Of a DNA stretch of 64,000 nt, positions 27,948-39,042 are shown one piece after another. Position 1 is the stretch's first letter. Each line of letters begins with the position of its first letter. Below the pieces are notes generated by a model. The model did not search any database and was not told the DNA's origin. It saw nothing but the letters and a program-made list of their open reading frames with translations. The stretch comes from an uncultured Solirubrobacterales bacterium (GTDB taxonomy: Bacteria > Actinomycetota > Thermoleophilia > Solirubrobacterales > JBBDJG01). The position numbers and the translations under genes are program-made. The stretch covers positions 1,014,119 through 1,078,118 of the forward strand of contig OY970293.1 in assembly GCA_963716195.1 (NCBI GenBank). The letters are read 5' to 3'.

Positions 27948-29144
27948 ATGGCGAAAGACGCTGGTCAAAGCGCTGGTTTTCTGGCGAGAAACGCCGTCGA
28001 TTCCCTTCCAGAGGGCGAACTGGAGCGAAAGCTGGAGCGCGCGGCGGCGGCCGGCAAGCCGCTGCGAGTGAAGTTCGGCATCGACCCGACCGCGCCCGAC
28101 ATCCACCTCGGGCACGTCGTCGTTCTCCAGAAACTGCGCGAGTTTCAGGACGCCGGGCACCTGGTCGTCCTGATCATCGGCGACTACACCGCGCGGGTCG
28201 GGGATCCCTCGGGCCAGTCGCAGCTACGACCCATGCTTGACCCCGACGAGATCGACCGCAATGCCGAGACGTTCAAGGAGCAGGCGTTCAAGGTGATCGA
28301 CCGCCGGCGCACGGAGGTCCGTCACAACGGCGAGTGGTTGAACATGACGATGGAGGACCTGCTGCGGCTCGTGCGGCAGGTGACGATCGCGCGCGTGCTC
28401 GAACGCGACGACTTCCAGAACCGCATCGAGGCGGGGCGCCCCGTCTCCCTCCTGGAGCTGCTGTACCCGGTCCTCCAGGGTTACGACTCGGTGGCGGTTG
28501 AGTCCGACATAGAGCTCGGCGGGACCGACCAGAAGTTCAACCTCCTGTTCGCCCGGGACATCCAGCAGGCCTACGGTCAGGAGCCGCAGGCGATCATGAC
28601 GATGCCGATCCTGCCCGGCACAGACGGTGATCGCCGCATGAGCAAGTCATACGGCAACTACATAGGAGTGACGGAGCCGCCGGAGGAGATCTTCGGCAAG
28701 GTGATGAGCGTGCCGGATTCGGCCATGGACACCTATTACGAGCTGCTGCTGGGCCAGGAGCGCGATCCAGCAGTGGCGCCGGTGGCGGCAAAGCGCGCCC
28801 TCGCGCGGGCGCTGGTCGCCCGTTTTCATGGTGAGCCGGCGGCGGAGGAGGCCGAGGCCCATTTCGACCGTTTGCACCGGGAGCACAAGCCGCCGGAGGA
28901 GGTCGCGGAGGTGACGCTGTCCGCCGACCTGGTCGGCAACGGCACCGTGCACTTGCCGGCCCTGGTGGCGGAGCACTTCGGCAAGTCACGCAGCGAGGCC
29001 CGGCGCCTGCTCGAGCAGGGGGGCATCAAGCTGGATGGCGAGCCGCTCGGGCCCGATGCAATGGACATCGACGTGGAGCGCCTCCAGGGGGCGGTCCTCC
29101 AGGTCGGCAAGCGCGATTTCCGGCGCATCCTGGCCGAGCCGTAG
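27948..29144 (+). CDS. tyrS: Tyrosine--tRNA ligase
   Basis: HIGH-type motif PDIHLGHVV, KMSKS motif RRMSKSYGN, and a C-terminal S4-like domain (RSEARRLLEQGGIKLDGE). ATG 27948. Track ORF begins earlier at 27783, inside the divergent PBP gene. Confidence 0.9.
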   Translation: MAKDAGQSAGFLARNAVDSLPEGELERKLERAAAAGKPLRVKFGIDPTAPDIHLGHVVVLQKLREFQDAGHLVVLIIGDYTARVGDPSGQSQLRPMLDPDEIDRNAETFKEQAFKVIDRRRTEVRHNGEWLNMTMEDLLRLVRQVTIARVLERDDFQNRIEAGRPVSLLELLYPVLQGYDSVAVESDIELGGTDQKFNLLFARDIQQAYGQEPQAIMTMPILPGTDGDRRMSKSYGNYIGVTEPPEEIFGKVMSVPDSAMDTYYELLLGQERDPAVAPVAAKRALARALVARFHGEPAAEEAEAHFDRLHREHKPPEEVAEVTLSADLVGNGTVHLPALVAEHFGKSRSEARRLLEQGGIKLDGEPLGPDAMDIDVERLQGAVLQVGKRDFRRILAEP

Positions 29145-29214
29145 GCGCTATATTGACCACTGGCCCTGACCGTCCCTTGGCCGTTTTCCAAGTGGGAAAA
29201 AGGCCGCCAGGGTG

Positions 29215-29243
29215 TTCAGAAAGCCTAAAACGGGTGCTACACT
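29215..29243 (+). promoter_or_regulatory. Candidate sigma-70-type promoter (TTCAGA-17 nt-TACACT)
   Basis: Hexamers lie at 29215-29220 and 29238-29243 with a 17-nt spacer. It is the only reasonable TANNNT -10 seen between tyrS and the 16S processing stem. No experimental support. Confidence 0.25.
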
Positions 29244-29336
29244 ACCTCGTTGCCCCTATAGGCACTGTTGGGAGAGATACGGCACAGACGGAGAGTCCGA
29301 CTGAGACAAGTCCCTGTAAAAAGGGCAAGTTTTGGG

Positions 29337-29361
29337 GCCTCTCCGGCGAGAGGCTTTTTTT
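29337..29361 (+). terminator. Canonical intrinsic terminator hairpin with a 7-T run, between tyrS and the 16S leader
   Basis: GCCTCTC-cggc-GAGAGGC (29337-29354) followed by TTTTTTT (29355-29361). Confidence 0.65.
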
Positions 29362-29400
29362 CTGCCAACGGGGTCTCGAGGGGCGAGCCGAGAGGCTCCG

Positions 29401-29427
29401 GTCTTTGAAAACTAAACAGCATGTGCG
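29401..29427 (+). promoter_or_regulatory. 16S precursor processing stem, 5' strand, containing a boxA-like antitermination motif
   Basis: GTCTTTGAAAACTAAACAGCATGTGCG pairs with 31332-31357 (CCGCATGCTGTTTAGTTTTGAGAGAC) across the whole 16S. TCTTTGAAAAC resembles the bacterial rrn boxA (E. coli TGCTCTTTAACAA), and a second copy CCTTGAAAACTG lies in the spacer. Confidence 0.55.
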
Positions 29428-29651
29428 CTCCGGGGATGTCCGCCCATGGTGGACGATGTATTCCCGGATCGCGTCCAGGTTCGATCCGCTCCTGGAGCCT
29501 GCTCGCGTCAAGCGAGCTGGAGCTGGGAGCGGCAATCAAACCCGTCACGTTTCCGTGCCCGGTGTACGGGCGCGGACCCAAGCGTGACACTCTTCGCATT
29601 GACAGAGGAACCGGGCGGCGCTTCGGTGCCGGCCGGATGACTCGCAAGTCT

Positions 29652-31204
<1,553 letters not shown>

Positions 31205-31396
31205 GGGAGAATCATGGGCCCCTCGTCGAGCACGCTCGCCGAGCGGATTTACCTAGGGTTCCGGGTTTTCGTTGCATTGGGCAACGGATGCCTTCCCGAA
31301 ACGTCGACCGAGTCTGGAATGGGCTTCGAGCCCGCATGCTGTTTAGTTTTGAGAGACCGGGCCGGCGCCGCGCGCGTCGGTTTGCCTCTCTCCGGA

Positions 31397-31435
31397 CCTT
31401 GAAAACTGCACAGTTGGCCAAGACAAAACGAGCAA
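31397..31435 (+). promoter_or_regulatory. 23S precursor processing stem, 5' strand, with a spacer boxA-like motif
   Basis: CCTTGAAAACTGCACAGTTGGCCAAGACAAAACGAGCAA pairs with 35528-35565 (TTGCTCTTGTCCTGTGCCAACTGTGCAGTTTTGAGGGT). No tRNA lies in the 16S-23S spacer (31202-31441). Confidence 0.55.
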
Positions 31436-31977
31436 TTTCACCGTCAAGATATGAAGGGCATACGGTGGATGCCTTGGCACCAGGAGCCGAAGAAGGACGT
31501 GGACGGCTGCGATAAGCCACGGTGAGGCGCTGAACAGCCTTTGACCCGTGGATGTCCGAATGGGGAAACCCGGCGCTGGTAATGCGGCGTCATCCCGTGC
31601 TGAATACATAGGCACGGGAAGGCAAGCGGGGGAAGTGACACATCTCAGTACCCCGAGGAAAGGAAATCAACCGAGACTCCCTGAGTAGTGGCGAGCGAAA
31701 AGGGAATAGCCCAAACCCGGCAGGTGTAAGCGGGCACGCGTTGCCTGCTGGGGGTTGTAGGGCGTCTGTTCCGGGCTGTGCCTGGCCCGGCGGGAGTTAC
31801 AAAGTCATGCGCTAGCCGAAGCACGTGGAACCGTGCACCACAGAGGGCAATCGTCCCGTAGGCGAAAGTGTGTGACCTCCCGCAGATGTCCCTGAGTAGG
31901 ACCGTGCCCGTGAAACGCGGTCTGAACCTGGGGGGACCACCCTCCAAGGCTAAGTACTCCCTGGTGACCGATAGCGG

Positions 31978-32011
<34 letters not shown>

Positions 32012-32567
32012 GGAAGGGGAGTGAAATAGTACCTGAAACCGTGTGCCTACAAGCGGTCGGAGCACTTCGGTGTGACGGCGTGCTTTTTGCAGAACGAGCC
32101 GGCGAGTTACTCGTCTGTGGCGAGGTTAAGCGATGAGCGGAGCCGTAGCGAAAGCGAGTCCGAACAGGGCGAATCAGTCGCAGGCGGTAGACCCGAAACC
32201 GAGCGAGCTACCCATGGGCAGGTTGAAGCGGGGGTAAGACCCCGTGGAGGACCGAACCGACCTAGGTTAAAAACTGGGCGGATGACCTGTGGGTCGGAGT
32301 GAAAGGCTAATCAAGCTCGGAGATATCTGGTTCTCTCCGAAATATATTTAGGTATAGCCTCCGGTTATTGCGTAATGGCCGTAGAGCACTGCTTGGACTA
32401 GGGGCCCTACCAGGTTACCGAATTCAGGCAAACTCCGAAGACCATTATGTGAATCCGGGGAGTCAGTCCGTGGGGGATAAGCTTCACGGTCGAGAGGGGA
32501 ACAACCCAGACCACCAGCTAAGGTCCCTAAGTGCTAGCTAAGTGGGAAACGATGTCTGAATGCTCAG

Positions 32568-32616
<49 letters not shown>

Positions 32617-33207
32617 CAGCTCACTGGTCAAGTGTTCGGGCGCGGACAATGTAACGGGGCTCAAGCTAGCCACCGAAGCTGTGGGTTCGGCGATCCTTCG
32701 GGATCGTCGAGCGGTAGGAGAGCGTTCTGTTGCCAGCGAAGCGGCGGCGTAAGCCAGCCGTGGAGGCAGCAGAAGTGAGAATGCCGGCATAAGTAACGAA
32801 AGAGGGGTGAGAATCCTCTCCGCCGATTGTCCAAGGTTTCCTGAGTAAAGCTCGTCTGCTCAGGGTCAGTCGGGACCTAAGGCGAGGCCGAAAGGCGTAG
32901 CCGATGGCCAACGGGTTGATATTCCCGTACCACGTCACATCCGTTTGACCGATTGGGGTGACGAGGAAGGGTAGGGGAACCCAGGCGATGGTCGTCCTGG
33001 GGTAAGCGCGTAGCTAGCGGCCGTAGGAAAATCCGCGGTCGTGTTGATGCGAGGCGCGATGCCAGCTGGCCGAAAGGCCGGCGAGTCCCCGAACCCATGC
33101 CTCCGAGAAAAACCTCTAGGGAGGATGTGCGTGCCCGTACCAAAACCGACACAGGTGGACAGGCAGAGAATGCCAAGGCGATCGAGATAACCTTCGTTAA
33201 GGAACTC

Positions 33208-33244
<37 letters not shown>

Positions 33245-33432
33245 CCGGTAGGGTGAAGCCACTTGCTGGCGGAGCCCGAGGGGGCCGCAGTGAAAAGGCC
33301 CAAGCGACTGTTTACCAAAAACACAGGCCTCTGCTAAGTCGTAAGACGACGTATAGGGGCTGACGCCTGCCCGGTGCCGGAAGGTTACGCGGAGGTGTTA
33401 GCCGCCCTTCGGGGTGGCGAAGCACCGAAGCT

Positions 33433-34292
<860 letters not shown>

Positions 34293-34551
34293 CGACTTGG
34301 GCGCTGTCTCAACGAGGGGCTCGGTGAAATTGTAGTCTCGGTGAAGATGCCGAGTACGCGCGGCAAGACGGAAAGACCCCGTGAACCTTTACTACAGCCT
34401 GATATTGGAGTCTGGGGCATCTCGCTCAGGATAGGTGGGAGGCTTTGAAGCAGTGGCTTCGGCTGCTGTGGAGCCAACCTTGAGATACCACCCTTGATGT
34501 TCTGGGCTTCTAACACCTCACCGTGAAGCCGGGAGGTGAACAGTGTCAGGT

Positions 34552-34583
<32 letters not shown>

Positions 34584-34676
34584 ATGTAACGGAGGCGCCC
34601 AAAGGTTCCCTCAGCACGGTTGGAAATCGTGCGTAGAGCGTAAAGGTATAAGGGAGCTTGACTGCGAGACTGACAG

Positions 34677-34712
<36 letters not shown>

Positions 34713-34733
34713 CGGTTGCAAGTGGAAGCGCCG

Positions 34734-34776
<43 letters not shown>

Positions 34777-34815
34777 GGGCCCAAGAGTCCACATCGACGG
34801 CCCGGTTTGGCACCT

Positions 34816-35121
34816 CAACCATGGGGTGAGCCAGTCGAAATACTGGCTTTAGCATCGGCTAATAACGGTGGAGCCCACCTGCCTGTGCGTTTAGAACGAC
34901 GCGAAAAGGATGGGTAATACCGTGGGAAGTCTGTCGGAAGGGAAGACCATTAGAAGCGTCCCTCCGCAAGTGACCCCGTAACGACTGAGGCACTCGGTGC
35001 CGAGGTGGCGATCCTGCTCCAAAAGGGGCAAATCCTGGACGCCACAATACGCCGACCCCTCGCCTTTGGTCAGGCAGGGTGAAGTTATAGTCTGCGCCAC
35101 CGGTAACGGTGGAATTACGTG
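34816..35121 (+). mobile_element. ORF-less group I intron at 23S position equivalent to E. coli U2500|C2501
   Basis: The 5' exon ends in U (34815) and the intron ends in G (35121). P1 pairs CACCU (34811-34815) with GGGUG (34824-34828), with a U.G wobble at the splice site. An R-like element ACGACTGAGGCACTCGGTGCC lies at 34981-35001, an S-like AAGTTATAGTC at 35082-35092, and a GNRA-capped hairpin CCACCG-GTAA-CGGTGG at 35097-35112. Confidence 0.85.
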
Positions 35122-35237
<116 letters not shown>

Positions 35238-35621
35238 TGCCGTGCGCGTTGGAGAGTTGAGGGGAGTCGTCCCTAGTACGAGAGGACCGGGATGAACGGA
35301 CCGCTGGTGTATCTGTTGTCCTGCCAAGGGCACTGCAGGTTAGCTACGTCCGGACGGGATAACCGCTGAAGGCATCTAAGCGGGAAGCCCACCTCGAGAT
35401 GAGCTCTCCCATCCCCTTGAGGGAGTAAGACCCCTGGTAGACCACCAGGTTGATAGGCCGGATGTGTAAGCGCAGCAATGTGCTCAGCAGACCGGTACTA
35501 ATGGGTCGAGGGCTTGACGGATATTTTTTGCTCTTGTCCTGTGCCAACTGTGCAGTTTTGAGGGTTCGGGAGAGGCCGCCGGTGCGTCGGAAGCGGTTCG
35601 CCGGGCCGACGTGACAACAGT

Positions 35622-35738
35622 TTCCGGTGGCTATCGCGAGGGGGAAACACCTCTTCCCATTCCGAACAGAGCAGTTAAGCCCCTCAGCGCCGATGGTACT
35701 TGGCCCGCAAGGGCCCGGGAGAGTAGGTCGCCGCCGGT
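35622..35738 (+). rRNA. rrf: 5S ribosomal RNA
   Basis: Helix I pairs CCGGTGGC (35624-35631) with GCCGCCGG (35730-35737). Conserved CCCATTCCGAACAGAGCAGTTAAGC and GGGAGAGTAGGTCGCCGCCGG. Ends are +/- 2 nt. Confidence 0.93.
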
Positions 35739-35750
35739 TTTTGATTCAAA

Positions 35751-35778
35751 GGCTGCCCTGCGGGGCGGCCTTTTCTTT
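35751..35778 (+). terminator. rrn operon intrinsic terminator
   Basis: GGCTGCCC-tgcg-GGGCGGCC hairpin (35751-35770) followed by TTTTCTTT. Confidence 0.7.
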
Positions 35779-35836
35779 GGTCGGGCTGCGGTCGATTGCC
35801 TCGGCGTCCCGACGTGGATACGATCGAACGTCTTCG

Positions 35837-36241
35837 ATGGCCTCACCCGCCGAATCCGTGGCCAGGCGAGCGCGTGTCATGTCAGCGATACGCGCCGGCG
35901 TGGGAGTGCTCGCGGTCGTCGCTCCTGAGCGGGCGGCGACCCTGTTCGGATACCCAAAGCGTCACGTCAACATCACGACTGGCGTGTTCGGCGGTCTCTT
36001 CGGCGTGCGAGAGCTCGGTCTGGCTGCGATCGCCCTTGACTCTCGTGGGGATGCCGCGCGCCTGCGTCGAGCGGCCCTGATCAACGCCGCCTGTGACTTC
36101 GGGGATGCGTTCGTAGCAATGCGGGCACTCGTGCGACGCGATGGCATCGACCGCGCCGCCGTGATGACGGTCGTGCCGGCCCTCGCCGGCACCGCGGGAT
36201 GGGTCGCCGTCGCGCGCAGCGCCGGTAACAGCGCGCGCTGA
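35837..36241 (+). CDS. Hypothetical membrane protein
   Basis: The ORF begins at ATG 35837 (MASPAESVARRARVMSAIRAGVGVLAVVAPE...). The upstream part of track ORF 35627..36241 runs through the 5S gene and terminator and is rejected. Hydrophobic segments are present. No recognised motif. Confidence 0.45.
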   Translation: MASPAESVARRARVMSAIRAGVGVLAVVAPERAATLFGYPKRHVNITTGVFGGLFGVRELGLAAIALDSRGDAARLRRAALINAACDFGDAFVAMRALVRRDGIDRAAVMTVVPALAGTAGWVAVARSAGNSAR

Positions 36242-36435
36242 TGCCCACTCGCACCCGCCGGTTTCGCCGCACTCGGAAGCAGCCGCCGACGCTCACGCTG
36301 CTTGCCCGCGGCGACACGATTCCCAACTACCACTGGCCGACCGACACCTACGAGAACGTCGAGCCCACCATCGTCGCCCGGGCGGTCGAAACAGGTCGCG
36401 AGCTCCTGCGCGCGATCGACGCCGAAGCGGCCTAG
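36241..36435 (+). pseudogene. Possible C-terminal remnant of an M28-type aminopeptidase
   Basis: The 64-aa ORF ends ...TLTLLARGDTIPNYHWPTDTYENVEPTIVARAVETGRELLRAI. This resembles the conserved C-terminal YH-x-x-x-D-T...v-d block of M28 peptidases, but the catalytic domain is absent. ATG overlaps the upstream stop (TGATG). Confidence 0.35.
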
Positions 36436-36456
36436 GGCCTATGCCGGAATAGGTCC

Positions 36457-36834
36457 TTAGCGGCCGGCCCAGGTGCAGGGCTGCTGCGAGGCGGGAATAG
36501 AGCCGCCGCGCCTGAGGCGGTGGTCCGGACGACTCGGGCGCCTGGGAAACGCGGTCTCGGCCGGCCCGTCGACCTGCGGGCACGGCGGGGTGACCAACTG
36601 CCCGTCGACACGGGCGCATGGCACGTTCGACATGCCGATGTGAGCCCTGGTCTCCGCAGCCACTGGAGTGCAGCGCGGGGGAGCGGGCTGGCGGGCGGGA
36701 GTAGCGGCTTGCGGCTCCTGCCGGGACTCACTCTCCGGCTCGTCCCCGATCAGGTCGTAGGCGCCGAGCGTCGCGAACTCGATCGCCACCCGGAGGCGGT
36801 CGGCCAGATCCTGTTCGATGCGTCGCCAGAACAT
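36457..36834 (-). CDS. Hypothetical protein (Cys-containing, Pro-rich)
   Basis: 125-aa ORF with third-position G/C near 88% by my count, which is consistent with real coding in this genome. The overlapping + strand ORF 36520..36846 puts its third positions on this ORF's first positions. No motif recognised. Confidence 0.4.
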   Translation of the reverse strand: MFWRRIEQDLADRLRVAIEFATLGAYDLIGDEPESESRQEPQAATPARQPAPPRCTPVAAETRAHIGMSNVPCARVDGQLVTPPCPQVDGPAETAFPRRPSRPDHRLRRGGSIPASQQPCTWAGR

Positions 36835-36927
36835 AGGTTCGCCTAGGCTAGGAATGACGACGGACGGAATGAGCGATCTGCAACCAGGGTTGCACCAAAG
36901 GGCCGGAATCCGCTCTCCAATGGGAAA

Positions 36928-37746
36928 TCACGGGCCGAGCCCGTTCTTCTCGAGGAACGACTGGATCGCGCGCGACAGCTGCGCTCCGCGCCACGCGAGC
37001 GGGGAGGAGCCGGGCTCCTCGCTGACCAGCTCCGAGTGCGGGATGTGCTCCGCATACTCCAGGGCCACCGCATAGGGGTGCTCGGGGTCGGCGTCGTCGC
37101 GGCTCGCGACGATCAGGGTCGGTGCCTCGATCCGCTCGAGTTCTCGAATGTCCCGGAAGGGCAGCGAGCGCGAGACGACGCGCAGCGCATCGGCGACCGC
37201 CTCGGGATGGCGGTGGCGCTCGATCCGCTGCCGGACCGCGCGCTCGACGATGCCTTTGAAACGGGAGTCGACCGGGGGGTCGCCATACGCGCGCATGAAG
37301 CCGTCGACTCCGTCACGCTCCAAACCGTCCGCAAGCGCGTCCCAATCCTTCTTGTGCGCGGTCAGGTCCTGGTCCTCGCCGCGGTATGCGGGCGTGATCT
37401 GGATCAACGCGGACACTCGCTCGGGATCCTCCAGCGCGAGCAGCGCGGTCGTCGCCGCGCCCATCGAGACGCCGCCCATCACGGCGCGCTCCAGGCCGAG
37501 CGCGTCCAGCACCGCCCGCAGGTCGCCCACAAGATCCGGATATTCATACGCGCCGGGGTCCGGCGCCGGTGACGAGTCCCCGTGACCGCGGGCGTCGTAG
37601 GTGATCACGCGGTAGCCGGCCTTTGGAAGCAGCCGCGAGCCGTGCAGCGCGTAGCGCCGCGTCGCCGTCAGGCCGTGAAGCAGCACGAGCGGGGTGCCGC
37701 GGCCTCCCGTGTCCTCGACGGCGAGCGTGACGCCGTCGGATTGCAC
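36928..37746 (-). CDS. Alpha/beta-fold hydrolase
   Basis: LVLLHGLTATRRY, the nucleophile elbow GVSMGAA and a C-terminal His region (IPHSELV). Confidence 0.85.
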   Translation of the reverse strand: MQSDGVTLAVEDTGGRGTPLVLLHGLTATRRYALHGSRLLPKAGYRVITYDARGHGDSSPAPDPGAYEYPDLVGDLRAVLDALGLERAVMGGVSMGAATTALLALEDPERVSALIQITPAYRGEDQDLTAHKKDWDALADGLERDGVDGFMRAYGDPPVDSRFKGIVERAVRQRIERHRHPEAVADALRVVSRSLPFRDIRELERIEAPTLIVASRDDADPEHPYAVALEYAEHIPHSELVSEEPGSSPLAWRGAQLSRAIQSFLEKNGLGP

Positions 37747-37772
37747 CTCCCGGATGGTCGGCTCGGTCGCCG

Positions 37773-38873
37773 CTACAACGTGCTCCAGATCTCCATCTTC
37801 GTCCGCACGCGCGCGATCGTCTCGTTGGTGAACTCGGTGGTCGTGGAATGCCCGCCGATGTCGGGCGTCGCGACTCCGGACCCCGTCGCCTCCATCACCG
37901 CCTCGTAGATCGCCCGGGCAGCCTGCTCTGCGCGCTCCAGGTGGTGGCGCTCGGAGACGAAGCGCAGTAGCGCTCCCGCGGCGAGGATCATCGCCATCGG
38001 GTTCGCGATGTCCTTCCCCTCCAGAGCGGGCGCGGTGCCGTGCGGCGCCTCCGTCATCGCCACGCGCGTTCCGAAGTCCTCGTCGAACGACAGCAGCACG
38101 GACTCTGCGCCGGCGATCGACCCGAACAGGCCAAGCACCAGCTCGGAGAGCGAGTCACCGTCGCGGTTGAGTGCAGGTATGACGAGCGGCGAGTCCGCCG
38201 CGCCGCCGATCAGGCCGGCGTAGGTGGCGTCGATCAGCTGCGGGTTGTAGGGGACGTCGGAGTGGCGCCCGGCGGCGGCGTCCATCTCCTCCTTCAGCAT
38301 CCCCTCGTAACGCGGGCTCACGGTCCACTTCGGGCCGCCGTAGACGCGCGCGTGCAGCCGCTGCGCGCTCCGGAACGCGTACTCGGCGACGACGCGGCAG
38401 GTCGAGCGCTCGATGCGTTCGGTGCGCAGCGCCACCTCGTCGCCGTCCTCGGCGCGCCGCTCCTCCTGCGCGCCGTACGCGTCGCCGACCGCCATCCGCA
38501 CGACGGAAATCGGGTAGTGCGCGCCGGCGACCGGCGGCACCCCGGGAATCCGGCGGCCCGTGCGCACGATCACCTTGGCGCCGATCCGCTCGCGCAGCAA
38601 CGTGTTCGGGCTGCCGACGTCGTCTGCGCCCTCGGGGGTGATCGTCGCGGCCTTGATGCCAAAGCCCGCCTCGACCATGGCTTCCGCGGCCGCCAGCACC
38701 ACCTCGTTCCCGGTGCGGCGCCGGTTCTCCAGCGACAGGTCGTAGTGCTCGAGCTCGAGCTCCACGCCGCAGACGGCGGGGTCGAGCAGCCGCAGAGCCT
38801 GCTCGAGCAGCTCCTGGCCGGTCTGGTCGCCCTCGAGCACGATGATGCGGGGGCGGTCCGCCATCGCGCGCAA
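37773..38873 (-). CDS. Isocitrate/isopropylmalate dehydrogenase family protein (beta-decarboxylating dehydrogenase)
   Basis: RIIVLEGDQTGQELLEQAL N-terminus, and the GSIAGAES and NPMAMILAAGALL patterns typical of the family. Substrate cannot be assigned by eye. Confidence 0.75.
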   Translation of the reverse strand: MRAMADRPRIIVLEGDQTGQELLEQALRLLDPAVCGVELELEHYDLSLENRRRTGNEVVLAAAEAMVEAGFGIKAATITPEGADDVGSPNTLLRERIGAKVIVRTGRRIPGVPPVAGAHYPISVVRMAVGDAYGAQEERRAEDGDEVALRTERIERSTCRVVAEYAFRSAQRLHARVYGGPKWTVSPRYEGMLKEEMDAAAGRHSDVPYNPQLIDATYAGLIGGAADSPLVIPALNRDGDSLSELVLGLFGSIAGAESVLLSFDEDFGTRVAMTEAPHGTAPALEGKDIANPMAMILAAGALLRFVSERHHLERAEQAARAIYEAVMEATGSGVATPDIGGHSTTTEFTNETIARVRTKMEIWSTL

Positions 38874-39042
38874 TCTAGTGGATAGACAGGAGAGTCACGT
38901 GGACGCCGACCCTGCCGTCCGATCCACTCGCAAACCTGACCCCGAGCCGGTGACCAGGTTCGGACGCACAGACAGCGAACGGTGTCCAGGAGGACCGGCG
39001 GCGGCTGTTACGCTTCTGCGGGCTCAGCTCGCCTCAAGCGCC

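Noticed and set aside
29470-29500. tRNA-like T-arm string GGTTCGATCC in the 16S leader.
   Set aside because: No complementary T-stem, acceptor stem or anticodon arm can be built around it. No tRNA gene was found anywhere in the window, including the 16S-23S spacer.
36520-36846. 108-aa plus-strand ORF overlapping the 36457..36834 minus-strand ORF.
   Set aside because: Its third codon positions fall on the first positions of the minus ORF. The minus ORF shows the strong third-position G/C bias expected of real genes here, so the plus ORF is the shadow frame.
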